DNA from: an uncultured Gammaproteobacteria bacterium
GTDB taxonomy: Bacteria; Patescibacteriota; Microgenomatia; Levybacterales; UBA12049
Direction: 5' to 3'
Length of the DNA stretch: 64,000 nucleotides
Assembly: GCA_964416505.1 (NCBI GenBank)
Contig: CAYQEJ010000002.1
Location: 968 to 64,967 of the forward strand
Shown here: positions 28,780-38,771 of the stretch, piece by piece
Numbering within the stretch: position 1 is the first letter of the stretch
Layout of the letters: every line of letters begins with the position of its first letter
Notes under the pieces: model-generated
Database searches by the model: none
Seen by the model: only the letters and a program-made list of their open reading frames with translations
Told to the model about the DNA's origin: nothing
Position numbers and translations under genes: made by a program

Positions 28780-29812
28780 AGTCCCGTAGGCTTAACCCAA
28801 CAGCAATTGAGTAATCCGGAGCTTTATCAAGTATTTCTTTCGGGACTTGAGTTGGATTTAAAAATTTCCAGGGATTTGCGATTACTGATTCTATTCCAGA
28901 GCTATTTGCAAAATAAGTATCAATCCCAGGAAGTTTTGCGCTTTCCCCAGAAAGAATTATTTGCTCAATTCTACTATCTTTATATTTTTGCGAATAATAT
29001 ATAACTGCTTTTTTAACTTCAGAAAGAATAGAAGACATTATGGGTTCTGTTGCAGCTCCGATTCTTTGTCCCAATGGTCCTTTTGAAATACCATAAGTTT
29101 TTTTATACTCTTCCGCCTGAACACTAGAAAGTCCAAAATCAGCAGATATAGCCCTATTTATAGCGGAACCACCAATAGGAAGAGAGTAGGTAAATACAAG
29201 ATTATTTCCTATAACTATGGCAAGAGAGGTGGTGATGGCTCCAATACTTACAATAATTGTTGGTGTTATAGAATTTGTCGGCATGAATGCAGTAAGAGCT
29301 CTTACGCATGAAATTATTTCTGTTTCCATAGCATTCACGCTTAGCCCTGCCATTCCAAGAACTTTTTGATATTTTTTAACTATCAAGCTTGGTGCGCCCA
29401 CCATAAGCACTTCCATTTTTTCACTTGACTTATTATTTGCAGATCTTTTAATCACGTTCCATGAAAGCGAAATATTAGCAAGGGGAATTGGAATATATTG
29501 CTCTGCCTCCCAGTAAATTGCGGATGCTAATTCTCTGTCTGAGAGATATGGCATTTCAACTACTTTTGTATATACCTGATTTTCGGGAAGCGCAACGTTT
29601 ACGCTTTTTGTTGAAATTCCAGCATCAGAAACAGCTTTTTTAATTGCCTGAGCCATCTCCTCCTCATCAACTGGAGACTCAGAAAGCATTCCCTTAGGTG
29701 GGGTGGGGACCACAATACACGCGCTTAGCTTAAAGCTTTCTTTATCAGCTCCTAATTCCACAGCCTTTATGGTTGACGTACCTAAATCTAATCCGAAGGA
29801 TTTTTTATTCAT
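28769..29812 (-). CDS. pilM: Type IV pilus assembly protein PilM
   Basis: GLDLG.STIK.VEL actin-like fold; EAEQYIP; AVGL.LR. Confidence 0.92.
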   Translation of the reverse strand: MNKKSFGLDLGTSTIKAVELGADKESFKLSACIVVPTPPKGMLSESPVDEEEMAQAIKKAVSDAGISTKSVNVALPENQVYTKVVEMPYLSDRELASAIYWEAEQYIPIPLANISLSWNVIKRSANNKSSEKMEVLMVGAPSLIVKKYQKVLGMAGLSVNAMETEIISCVRALTAFMPTNSITPTIIVSIGAITTSLAIVIGNNLVFTYSLPIGGSAINRAISADFGLSSVQAEEYKKTYGISKGPLGQRIGAATEPIMSSILSEVKKAVIYYSQKYKDSRIEQIILSGESAKLPGIDTYFANSSGIESVIANPWKFLNPTQVPKEILDKAPDYSIAVGLSLRDYEH

Positions 29813-29814
29813 AA

Positions 29815-30624
29815 TTATGGAAGGAATAAGTTATAAGGAAAATATTCAACAGGGACTTTGGGAAATCCCTTAAACACCCTTACTCTTCTTTTAGTATTTC
29901 CTGATGTTCCTACAGAGTCAATAACATAACCCTGAATAGGAAAATTTGCGCTTCCTCTCACCCCAATAAAAGTGTTTGCAAACAAAGGAATAATTCTTGC
30001 TATATAACCTTGAGAAATATTTATACGAGTTCCTCTGTCATACGTAACTCCATCTACAGTGAGCGATCCTGGAGGTGCACTAGGTGTAGAAAAACCACTT
30101 CTTCCGCATCTATCTACTACTGTTCTCGTCATATTAGGACTATTCCTATTCGCTCCACTTATAATTACTATTTCCAAAGCTGGATCAGGATCCTCATCAG
30201 CCGGTGGATTACAACCATTATTATCCTTCCAGTAAATATCTAAATTCCCAGTCCAGGGAGTTCCGCCAAAATTTGGATGTGTTGTAAGCCAAAGATCCAC
30301 TCCGTCATCTTTCAATACTTCTCCTTTTCCATTTAAATTAACTTCCAGTCCGTTTTGAGGATCCACTGTAGCATCAAATCCAGTATTTGAGGAAAAATCT
30401 GGCTTAGATAAATTAGCAGGAGTGGAATCTTTAATAAGCTCTTCTACTCCTGCTTCAGCTGCAGATAAAGCTTTTTGAGAATTTGCTTCTTCAGTCGTTA
30501 CGCTCGTATTTGTAATTGTTCGCGATACAGCGGATAAACCAACTGTTAAGGATACTACAGCAGCTAAAACAACAATGAGGAGAATTTGCCCTTTTTGGCT
30601 ATTTTTTGGACGGAAAAGCCCCAT
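29815..30624 (-). CDS. PilX-like minor pilin
   Basis: QKG|QILLIVVL...A..AAEAG.E. Confidence 0.75.
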   Translation of the reverse strand: MGLFRPKNSQKGQILLIVVLAAVVSLTVGLSAVSRTITNTSVTTEEANSQKALSAAEAGVEELIKDSTPANLSKPDFSSNTGFDATVDPQNGLEVNLNGKGEVLKDDGVDLWLTTHPNFGGTPWTGNLDIYWKDNNGCNPPADEDPDPALEIVIISGANRNSPNMTRTVVDRCGRSGFSTPSAPPGSLTVDGVTYDRGTRINISQGYIARIIPLFANTFIGVRGSANFPIQGYVIDSVGTSGNTKRRVRVFKGFPKVPVEYFPYNLFLP

Positions 30625-30664
30625 ACTTTAAGACTAACAATGCCAAAGCTTGATGTCAACACGC

Positions 30665-31210
30665 TTAAAGATTGCGCATTTTTATCGATGTGGAGAAATA
30701 ATTTGATTTCGTTTTATTTGAATCAGGTGCTCCTAAACGAGTTAAACCAAAACTCACCCCAATTACTGGTGGGGTAGAATCATCTTTTCTTACGCAGGTA
30801 ATCTGGCAGGAATCTGGAATAACTTGAACTCTTGATTTATCCAAATAGGTAACAGTATCAATTGCTATATCTTCATCCGTACAAGAAATCATTCTCGTAG
30901 CTCCTCCGCTTTTTATTTTTACGTACTTATAATAAAGTCCGCTTACAGTATCAGAGCATGAAGTTATATATGAGTCGGCTTCTCCTGTTTCACTTACTCC
31001 TTCAAAACCCTCTGCGAACTGAATTGACCGAGAAATTCTGGTTAGGGCACTTGTACCATTTTGCCTAACTTCTTCTGAGACAGTAGACTTTGTAACACCT
31101 GTGAAAGATGAAGCGAGAATAGAAACAACAACCGTAGTTGTAGTTATGATAATCGCCATCGAAACAAGCATCTCGATTAATGTAAATCCAAAATTTAATT
31201 TATTTTTCAT
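30665..31210 (-). CDS. PilW-like minor pilin
   Basis: G|FTLIEMLV class III signal. Confidence 0.8.
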   Translation of the reverse strand: MKNKLNFGFTLIEMLVSMAIIITTTTVVVSILASSFTGVTKSTVSEEVRQNGTSALTRISRSIQFAEGFEGVSETGEADSYITSCSDTVSGLYYKYVKIKSGGATRMISCTDEDIAIDTVTYLDKSRVQVIPDSCQITCVRKDDSTPPVIGVSFGLTRLGAPDSNKTKSNYFSTSIKMRNL

Positions 31211-31211
31211 A

Positions 31212-31718
31212 TTAAGGATTATTTAACTTATCTAAATCTGATAGGCAAGTATCTAAGGCCACCTTATGACAAAAATCTCCATTTGTACATTTAGGATCAG
31301 TCCAACTAGCAGTAGAGGAAACAAATGATGAACCCACCTCGCATTGACTTACGCCAGTTTTATCCCTACCTCCAGACAAAGCGGTTCCATGATCAATATA
31401 AATCTCTATTAAGAATTGATCTTTTGTACAAACATCAGAAATCTCGAGGATTCCATCCTGCGTTGGACAATACAACGGTCCTCCACCAAAAGAAGTCGCA
31501 AGAGAAATAAACGAATCATAGTCAGAAGACTTCATATATCTGGCGATATCAATTCCTTCTTGAGCATATTGAGTAGCTGCATTCTGACTTTTGGTATAAG
31601 TTGCATTATTCAAACTACTAGTCACTGCTACTACTACCGCAGTAATTATAGCCACTGCAAAAGTTAACGCCAAAAGCGCTTCAATCAATGTACTTCCTCT
31701 TTGTAATTTATTACTCAT
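31212..31718 (-). CDS. PilV-like minor pilin
   Basis: RG|STLIEALLA...A.QYAQEG. Confidence 0.75.
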   Translation of the reverse strand: MSNKLQRGSTLIEALLALTFAVAIITAVVVAVTSSLNNATYTKSQNAATQYAQEGIDIARYMKSSDYDSFISLATSFGGGPLYCPTQDGILEISDVCTKDQFLIEIYIDHGTALSGGRDKTGVSQCEVGSSFVSSTASWTDPKCTNGDFCHKVALDTCLSDLDKLNNP

Positions 31719-32211
31719 TTTCAGTTATGATTCCTGAAGTATCGACGCCAATTGATCTATATGAAGAACCACTTGTAATTCTAATTACAGCATTATTATT
31801 TGCTTCTCCAGATAATATATAAAATCTAATGGGGGAAGAGGAAGATGGCGTCGGAGGAGATTCAAAATTTACTCCAGTCGGAAGACTAATCGTTTTAACA
31901 ATAGGGAAATTAGTTACACCACTACAAACCTCTTGTAAAAAATATCTGTCTGGATCAGTTGAAAAATCAAAACTTACTTGATATCCGACCAATGCTCTAC
32001 CGGTTTGATTGCAAGCTGCTGTTGCCACTACCTGTGAAAGCGCTTTTGCTTTTGCTTCATTAAGAGTATTTAAAAGCGTATCTCTGGCTATGTTTAAGTT
32101 TTGATTTGCACTAAACCGTCTAAATCCCACTAAAGAGCCAATTGACACCAAAAGAATAATTGCCATAACTAATAGAATTTCAAGAAGCGTAAAGCCTTTA
32201 TTGAAGTTCAT
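31711..32211 (-). CDS. FimT/GspH-like minor pilin
   Basis: MNFNKG|FTLLEILLV; start ATG 32211. Confidence 0.8.
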   Translation of the reverse strand: MNFNKGFTLLEILLVMAIILLVSIGSLVGFRRFSANQNLNIARDTLLNTLNEAKAKALSQVVATAACNQTGRALVGYQVSFDFSTDPDRYFLQEVCSGVTNFPIVKTISLPTGVNFESPPTPSSSSPIRFYILSGEANNNAVIRITSGSSYRSIGVDTSGIITENE

Positions 32212-32798
32212 GGATTTTGTACAAAATAATAATACCCACTTGCGCATCCTAGATAGGCAGGGGGAGTTCCTGTTGCCCTTTCGCTATCATTTCTTTCCAA
32301 ACAAGCATAAAGCCTATATCCTCCAGTTGTCGCTCCGCATCCTGGATCAGTGCAGTAATAATAATTATTTGATGATTTAGGATCCTTTGGAACAGATTGT
32401 AGATAAGTTACCTGAGGAGCAGAACAATCATCCTTCATGGATGTATTGGAATCGCAATTCGCTACAGTATTACTTATTCCTTGATCAGGATAAACACCTT
32501 GATCTGATCTATAAAGCTCGAGTGCTGCCTGAATTTGTTTCATATCTGATTTTCTCTTTGAATCTCTCGAATGCTTAAGCTGATTCGCAGGATTAATTAT
32601 AGTTATTAGTCCTGCGGCAAATATGCCAAGCAAGGCTACTACTATAACAAGCTCTACTAACGTAAAACCCAATTTTGAAGTGCGAGAAGAGTTGTAATTT
32701 TTGGTATCAAAATTTCTGAAAAAAACAAAACTACGATTGCTCCGAAAACTAAAAAAGGACCGAATGGTACGGCAAATTTCATGGATTTTTTCTTCCAT
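32208..32798 (-). CDS. GspG-like pilin (start uncertain, overlaps pilD)
   Basis: G|FTLVELVIV...RDSKRKSD..IQ.ALELY..D.G.YP...P.DP. Confidence 0.8.
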   Translation of the reverse strand: MEEKIHEICRTIRSFFSFRSNRSFVFFRNFDTKNYNSSRTSKLGFTLVELVIVVALLGIFAAGLITIINPANQLKHSRDSKRKSDMKQIQAALELYRSDQGVYPDQGISNTVANCDSNTSMKDDCSAPQVTYLQSVPKDPKSSNNYYYCTDPGCGATTGGYRLYACLERNDSERATGTPPAYLGCASGYYYFVQNP

Positions 32799-33472
32799 AA
32801 AATTAGTATGATGCCCACAATTCCTCCTGTCAAGAACGCTACGTAAAGCGATAAAACAATTCCCGGGAAGCCAAGTATCAATCCTAAAACAAAAGCAAAT
32901 TTCACATCCCCAAAGCCCATCCCTTTTCCTTTTGTTAATAAAAATATTAAAAGAAAAAATAAAAAAGTACCTAAACCAGTAAATAGATTTATTACTAATA
33001 AATTTGGATTTATAAAAATATTAAATATCAAACCTAGGATAACTAAAAAAATTAAAACTTTATCTGGGATGATTCCGAATTTCAGATCTACAAAAAATAT
33101 TACAATCAGACTTGAGACTATCAATAAATTGTATGAAGTAAGCAGAATATCAGGATAACTCGCCAAATAGATAAACATAAAAAACAGACCAGTTACAATT
33201 TCCAATAACAAATATTGGTAAGAAAGCTTTATCCTGCAATATCTACATCTTCCTTTTAGCACTAAAAAGGAGAGGAGGGGAATAAGATCAATCCACTTTA
33301 GAGTTTTTTTACAGTTTTCGCAGTAAGACCTTCCAAGCAAAGTTTCATTTCTAGGAAGTCTGTCTATGAGAACATTAAGAAAAGAACCAACAAATGTTCC
33401 CAGTATAAAAAAAATTAAGCCGAAAAAAATGCTCACCAAAGTGAGCATAATAAAATACGAAGACAAGGTCAA
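32657..33472 (-). CDS. pilD: Prepilin peptidase
   Basis: GSFLNV.IDRLP, RS.C..C...LIP..S...GRCR.C, GMGFGDVK, PFGPFL. Confidence 0.95.
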   Translation of the reverse strand: MTLSSYFIMLTLVSIFFGLIFFILGTFVGSFLNVLIDRLPRNETLLGRSYCENCKKTLKWIDLIPLLSFLVLKGRCRYCRIKLSYQYLLLEIVTGLFFMFIYLASYPDILLTSYNLLIVSSLIVIFFVDLKFGIIPDKVLIFLVILGLIFNIFINPNLLVINLFTGLGTFLFFLLIFLLTKGKGMGFGDVKFAFVLGLILGFPGIVLSLYVAFLTGGIVGIILILWKKKSMKFAVPFGPFLVFGAIVVLFFSEILIPKITTLLALQNWVLR

Positions 33473-33473
33473 G

Positions 33474-33962
33474 TTAGTTGCATGCGCTTGCTGAAGTTGG
33501 AGCTGATGCTACAAAACATGACTTTCCAGTTTGAGAAGAATACATAAAATATGGGTTTGAAGTATATTTCTTAGATTTTACAGTTCCATATACTACAAAA
33601 TTATTATTTGTAGTATCTACTAAGTAGTCCATTGTCCATCCACTTGGAACACTGCTCAAATTAATTTTCATAGTTGTTAAATTTGCCGAAGTATTCGTTA
33701 AATAAGTTCCATTGTTGCTTTGTATAGCATACTGTTCAGCTCTATTAGCATACTCTCTAACTGAATTCATAACATTTTGATCATTTGCTTGTTTTATTTT
33801 ATCTGCTGGATCTATTGCGAGAAGAAGTCCTGCAGCTAAAATACCTAAAATTGCTATAACTATTAAAAGCTCTACCAATGTAAAACCTGAAGAACTAGAA
33901 GAATCTGATGAACTCGAAGAACCGCCGAGAAGCTTCTTAAGTAATTCGAGCAGTTTTTTCAT
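33474..33962 (-). CDS. Type IV pilin (probable major pilin) with Ser-rich leader
   Basis: G|FTLVELLIVIAILGILAA; terminal Cys pair; own TTGACA-18-TAATAT promoter. Confidence 0.85.
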   Translation of the reverse strand: MKKLLELLKKLLGGSSSSSDSSSSSGFTLVELLIVIAILGILAAGLLLAIDPADKIKQANDQNVMNSVREYANRAEQYAIQSNNGTYLTNTSANLTTMKINLSSVPSGWTMDYLVDTTNNNFVVYGTVKSKKYTSNPYFMYSSQTGKSCFVASAPTSASACN

Positions 33963-34015
33963 ACTAACTTATATTAGTCACAGCAAAACTCTCTTGTCAA
34001 TAGCCTCTATAGAAA

Positions 34016-35221
34016 CTATTGAACAGCGTTAAGAATGCTATAAATTGGAGTAATAACTGAGAAAACCAAGAAGCCTACGCCGACGCCCAAAACAATCATA
34101 ATGAAAGGTTCCATTGCAGTAGTAAGTGTTTTTACAGATTGACCAACTTCGTCTTCAAAATACTCAGATGCCTTGAGCAGATTTTCATCCATTTTTCCTG
34201 TTTCTTCTCCAACTTTCACTAATTGTATTAGAAGAGGAGGGAATATTGCGTAATAGGAAAGCGCTTCACCTACAGGTACTCCTTTTTCTACTCTTTTCGC
34301 AACATCCATTACGGCTTTTTCATAAAGAATATTTCCTGTAACCCCAGCGCTCTGATTTAAAGCATCTACTATAAGCGTTCCTGTCCCAACTAGAAGGCCA
34401 AAGGTTCTGGAAAATTCAGTAAGAATTGTTTCCTTCATAATCCTCCCAAAAAGAGGAAGCTTCAAAATATTTTTATCGTAAATCTCTCTTCCCGTAGGTG
34501 TTCTTTTCCATCTTATAAAACCATATATAAATACTCCAAAGAATCCCACAAGGAGAAACCAGATTTTTCCTATCATACTTGAAACACCCACCACTATTCG
34601 GGTCACTAAAGGCAAGGTTACCCCCAGACTGTCATACAACCTACTTAGCTGAGGAATAACAAATATCATTAAAATAAATATCACGACAAACATAAGTGTT
34701 ATAACGATGGCAGGATACATAAGCGCCCCTTTGACAGTACTTCTCAACTTATGTTGTTTTTCTAAATTTGTGGCTAGACGAAGAAAAACCTTATCCAAGA
34801 GTCCTGAGGATTCTCCTGCTCTAACCAAAGAGACATAAATTACTGGAAAAACATCTGGATATTTAGAAATTGATTCTGAAAAAGATTTTCCCTCTTCGAT
34901 ATCCAGCAAAACTCCTCCTATCGTTTCCTGAAGATATTTATTAGCAGTTTGCTCTTTTAATATTTCTAGAGCTTTTACAAGAGTGAGACCTGAAGCAAGC
35001 ATGGAAGATAATTGTCTTGTAAAAAGAATTAAATCTTTAGACTTAACTTTGCCGGTTCCCGGAAGTTTTTTTAGAAGTTCATACTCTGCTTCTTTTGATA
35101 TCTGAATAGGAATAAGGTTTCTTTGTCTTAAATAATAAGCTGCGTCTTTAATTTCTTTTGCTTCTACAAATCCTCTTACTTTTTTTCCATCCTGAGAAAC
35201 TGCTTTATATCTTAATCTCAT
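34016..35221 (-). CDS. pilC: Type IV pilus platform protein
   Basis: FTRQLS.ML.SGL, GE.SG.LD, ALMYP, VGEETGK.D, EP. Confidence 0.95.
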   Translation of the reverse strand: MRLRYKAVSQDGKKVRGFVEAKEIKDAAYYLRQRNLIPIQISKEAEYELLKKLPGTGKVKSKDLILFTRQLSSMLASGLTLVKALEILKEQTANKYLQETIGGVLLDIEEGKSFSESISKYPDVFPVIYVSLVRAGESSGLLDKVFLRLATNLEKQHKLRSTVKGALMYPAIVITLMFVVIFILMIFVIPQLSRLYDSLGVTLPLVTRIVVGVSSMIGKIWFLLVGFFGVFIYGFIRWKRTPTGREIYDKNILKLPLFGRIMKETILTEFSRTFGLLVGTGTLIVDALNQSAGVTGNILYEKAVMDVAKRVEKGVPVGEALSYYAIFPPLLIQLVKVGEETGKMDENLLKASEYFEDEVGQSVKTLTTAMEPFIMIVLGVGVGFLVFSVITPIYSILNAVQ

Positions 35222-35223
35222 AA

Positions 35224-36291
35224 TTAAACAACCATTCTAAGAAGATCGTCAGGTCTAGCTGCGTAGCTTTTTGCAGTCTCTAGACTAATAGTTCCACTCA
35301 TTACCAGAGAAGAAAGTGAGGACTCAAGACTTATCATTCCAATATCCTGAGAAGTTTCTATTATCGAATCAATTAGATGTGTTTTTCCTTCACGAATATT
35401 TGTAGCAACAGCATTGTTCCCAATAAGAACTTCTGCTGAAGGAACTCTTCCGCCATTTATTTGAGGCAAAAGTCTTTGAGAAATAATTCCTTTAAGAGTA
35501 GATGCAAGCTGAATTCTTACTTGGGCTTGCTGACTTGGCGGGAATGAATCAATAATTCTATCAATTGTTTGCGATGCTGAGTTAGTATGAAGAGTAGAAA
35601 AGACCAAATGTCCTGTTTCGGCGATTGTAATAGCAGCAGAAATTGTTTCTGGGTCTCTCATTTCTCCGACCAAAACTACATCTGGATCTTCACGAAGAGC
35701 AGAACGTAGCGCATAATTCCATGAATGTGAATCTTGTCCCATCTCTCGCTGAGACACGATACTTTTTCCCACAGGATAGACATATTCGATAGGATCTTCG
35801 ATTGTTAAAATATGCATTGACCGATTAACATTTATCTCGTTTATCATTGCGGCAAGCGTGGTCGATTTTCCATGACCAGTTGGGCCTGTCACTAAAATAA
35901 AACCCTGTTTAAGTTTGGCAAATTCATTACAAATCTTAGGAAGCCTTAGCTCCTCAATAGTTCTAATTCTTGGCTCCAAAAACCTAAATGCACCAGAAAT
36001 ATAACCTCTTTGATAATAAATATTTACCCTAAATCTTCCTTCAGAGCCGCTTTCATCTTTAGAATAACCAAATGAAAAATCCAATTCTTTATTTGCAAGT
36101 AAAAGCTCTTTTTGATGTGGACTTAAAATGGAAAAAATCATCATTTCCAAAACTTCACTTGTTAAAGGTGGATAATTTGATAAAGGAATCAAGACCCCGT
36201 CAATTCTCAGAGTGGGAACAATTCCCACTAAAAGATGTAAATCTGATGCTTTATTTTTTACTGTTAAACTTAAAAGTTCTTTAATATCCAT
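35224..36291 (-). CDS. pilT: Pilus retraction ATPase
   Basis: ASDLHL, GPTGHGKSTT, EDPIEY, LREDPDV.LVGEMRD, TGHLVFSTLH. Confidence 0.96.
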   Translation of the reverse strand: MDIKELLSLTVKNKASDLHLLVGIVPTLRIDGVLIPLSNYPPLTSEVLEMMIFSILSPHQKELLLANKELDFSFGYSKDESGSEGRFRVNIYYQRGYISGAFRFLEPRIRTIEELRLPKICNEFAKLKQGFILVTGPTGHGKSTTLAAMINEINVNRSMHILTIEDPIEYVYPVGKSIVSQREMGQDSHSWNYALRSALREDPDVVLVGEMRDPETISAAITIAETGHLVFSTLHTNSASQTIDRIIDSFPPSQQAQVRIQLASTLKGIISQRLLPQINGGRVPSAEVLIGNNAVATNIREGKTHLIDSIIETSQDIGMISLESSLSSLVMSGTISLETAKSYAARPDDLLRMVV

Positions 36292-36312
36292 AAAAATATA
36301 TAACTAAAATAA

Positions 36313-38025
36313 CTATTCCTGCGCAACGCGCAAAACTTCTTCTACCGTAGTGACTCCTTTTAGCACTTTAATATATCCATCCTGCTTCATAGTAATCATT
36401 CCTTCAGCGACAGCTTCTTTTTCCAAAGAAATACTATCTGACCTTTTTAAAATCATTTCCGCAATTTTTGTAGTTATGGGCAATACCTCAAAAATTCCAA
36501 CTCTTCCTTTATATCCTGAATTATCACATTCGACGCAACCTTTAGTCCTAAAGAACTTTGCTTCACCAGGAGGGAAAAGTGGTCCAAGCTCTTTTTTCAT
36601 AGTCTCTAAAAGCTGTGGTGGGGGAGGATATCCTGTTTTGCATGTCTGACAAAGCCTTCTAACAATTCTTTGTCCAACAATTGCATTCATAGAAGAAGAT
36701 AAGAGAAATGTTTCTGCTCCTAAATCCAAAAGTCTTGGTAACGCACCAGAAGCGTTGGAAGTATGTAGAGTAGAGAAGACCAAATGTCCTGTTAGCGCAG
36801 CTTGTATTGCCAGATCTGTGGTTTCTTTATCACGAATTTCTCCTACAAGTATAATATTTGGATCCTGTCTCAAAAATGCTCTAAGACCCGTAGCAAAAGA
36901 AAGCCCCACTCCGCTATTAACCTGAACCTGATTTATTCCTGGCATTTCATACTCAACGGGATCTTCCAAGGTCATAATATTTACCTTAGGACTATTCAGC
37001 TTGTTCAAGACTGAATAGAGCGTAGTTGTTTTTCCAGATCCCGTAGGTCCACAGACAAGTATTATTCCATGGGGTCTTAGCATATTTGTCTCTAAATTCC
37101 TAAGAGAAGTTCCTACAAGCCCAAGCTCTTCCAGAGTTGGTATACCTCCGCTTTTTCGTAAAAGTCTCATTACAATTTTTTCTCCATGAGCAGCAGGAAG
37201 GACTGAAATACGAAGATCAACTTCTTTATCATCCACTTTAAAATTAAATCTTCCATCCTGAGGTGTTCTATGCTCATCAATTTTCATTTCTGAAAGAATT
37301 TTAATTCTTGAAACTACTGCTTCTTGTACAGTTTTTGGAAGACTAAGTCTGTCATACAAAATTCCGTCAATTCTGTATCTGACTCTTACTCTTTCTTCCT
37401 GAGGCTCTATGTGAACATCTGAAGCTCTACTTTTTACAGCATATTCGAGAATAGTTGATACAATCTTGGCAATCGGAGCTTCTTTAATTATTTGAGCAAT
37501 CTGAGTAGAATCTACTGTCTTTGTTTTTGGAGCCTCTTCTGTCTCTTTAAGCGCTTCTCCAACTTGACCCACCAAAGCTTGCTTGTACTGCATATCAATT
37601 GCTTGCTTAACAGCAGTTGGCGCAGCAGCGAATGCTTTGATATTAAGTCCGGTTTTTTGTCTTACAAATGAAATCGCATCAAGATCCACTGGATTTCCCA
37701 TAGCAATCGAAAGCGTTTTTGTCCTATCGTCATAAGCGAAGGGAATAAGATTAAATCTTTGAACTACCGCTTCAGGCACAAGACCAAGTGCTTGGGGAGA
37801 AAAGGAAGTAGCATCAATCGAAATATATGGAATTCCTAAAAGCTTAGCTTTTACTTCTGAAAGCTTGTCTTCACTCACATATCTTAGAGTGTTAAGAGCA
37901 TCTTCTTCTGAAATTCCCTGAGTTACAACGCGAAGTTTTATGTCATTATATTGAACAGGCGACAGAAGTCTCTGTGCATAAAGCGCGTCGGAAATAGCTG
38001 TTTGAGTAACAGGATTTATGGGCAT
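36313..38025 (-). CDS. pilB: Pilus extension ATPase (PilB/GspE)
   Basis: ASDVHIEP, PQDGR, GPTGSGKTTT, LRQDP, tetracysteine motif; likely start ATG 38025. Confidence 0.95.
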   Translation of the reverse strand: MPINPVTQTAISDALYAQRLLSPVQYNDIKLRVVTQGISEEDALNTLRYVSEDKLSEVKAKLLGIPYISIDATSFSPQALGLVPEAVVQRFNLIPFAYDDRTKTLSIAMGNPVDLDAISFVRQKTGLNIKAFAAAPTAVKQAIDMQYKQALVGQVGEALKETEEAPKTKTVDSTQIAQIIKEAPIAKIVSTILEYAVKSRASDVHIEPQEERVRVRYRIDGILYDRLSLPKTVQEAVVSRIKILSEMKIDEHRTPQDGRFNFKVDDKEVDLRISVLPAAHGEKIVMRLLRKSGGIPTLEELGLVGTSLRNLETNMLRPHGIILVCGPTGSGKTTTLYSVLNKLNSPKVNIMTLEDPVEYEMPGINQVQVNSGVGLSFATGLRAFLRQDPNIILVGEIRDKETTDLAIQAALTGHLVFSTLHTSNASGALPRLLDLGAETFLLSSSMNAIVGQRIVRRLCQTCKTGYPPPPQLLETMKKELGPLFPPGEAKFFRTKGCVECDNSGYKGRVGIFEVLPITTKIAEMILKRSDSISLEKEAVAEGMITMKQDGYIKVLKGVTTVEEVLRVAQE

Positions 38026-38068
38026 TACTATAATAGTATGTAAAAGTGTGGTATAAATCAAGAAAAAC

Positions 38069-38710
38069 ATGAATACATTTATCATTTCTTCAAAAAATTT
38101 AGAAAAGGGAATAGGGGAGAGTGAAAAATTAATTAAGGGATATAAAATTGACGCTTTTGATATTCAAAAATTAGAATTTGAAAAAGCGCTGGGAATTGAA
38201 GACGTAAGGAAAATTCAGGAAAAAATTTATCTAAAACCTTTCAAAAGTGAAAAAAAAGCAGTAGTCATTATTATGAAAAATGGCGCTACAGTAGATGCTC
38301 AAAATTCCATGTTAAAACTTCTAGAAGAACCCCCAACCACAACGCTTATTTATTTGATTACGGATAATTTCCAATCTTTTCTTCCTACTATTTTATCTCG
38401 CGCAAAAATTATAGAACTTAGAGAAGAATTAGAAGCAAATATAGAAAATCTGGAAAAAATTTTGACATTAGATAAGACAGGAGACAGGCTTTATCTCGCA
38501 CAAGAAGTTTCTAAGGAAAAAGGGGATGCCATCAAATGGCTTGAAGGAGCTATACTAGCGGGTCGTGAAGAAATGTTAAAAACTTCAGATAAAGAAGAGG
38601 CCTTAAAATTCAGGAAGTTAATACACAAACTCGAACTAACTCATTATGATTTAAAAACCACCAACGCCAATCCTCGCCTCGCATTAGAAAACCTATTTCT
38701 AAACCTATAG
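38069..38710 (+). CDS. holB: DNA polymerase III delta-prime-like clamp-loader subunit (short form)
   Basis: IEDVR.I......P, AQNSMLKLLEEPP, LPTILSR, C-terminal N.RLALE.L. Confidence 0.85.
   Translation: MNTFIISSKNLEKGIGESEKLIKGYKIDAFDIQKLEFEKALGIEDVRKIQEKIYLKPFKSEKKAVVIIMKNGATVDAQNSMLKLLEEPPTTTLIYLITDNFQSFLPTILSRAKIIELREELEANIENLEKILTLDKTGDRLYLAQEVSKEKGDAIKWLEGAILAGREEMLKTSDKEEALKFRKLIHKLELTHYDLKTTNANPRLALENLFLNL
38666..38710 (+). repeat. holB 3'-end repeat, copy R0 (functional gene end)
   Basis: GCCAATCCTCGCCTCGCATTAGAAAACCTATTTCTAAACCTATAG = ANPRLALENLFLNL*. Confidence 0.95.
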
Positions 38711-38715
38711 AAATT

Positions 38716-38746
38716 TACGCACGCAAGGCCTGGCCTTGCGAGGCTA
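38716..38746. repeat. REP-like palindrome copy 1
   Basis: TACGCACGCAAGGCCTGGCCTTGCGAGGCTA. Confidence 0.85.
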
Positions 38747-38771
38747 GAGAACTCATAGTATAATCCGCGCC

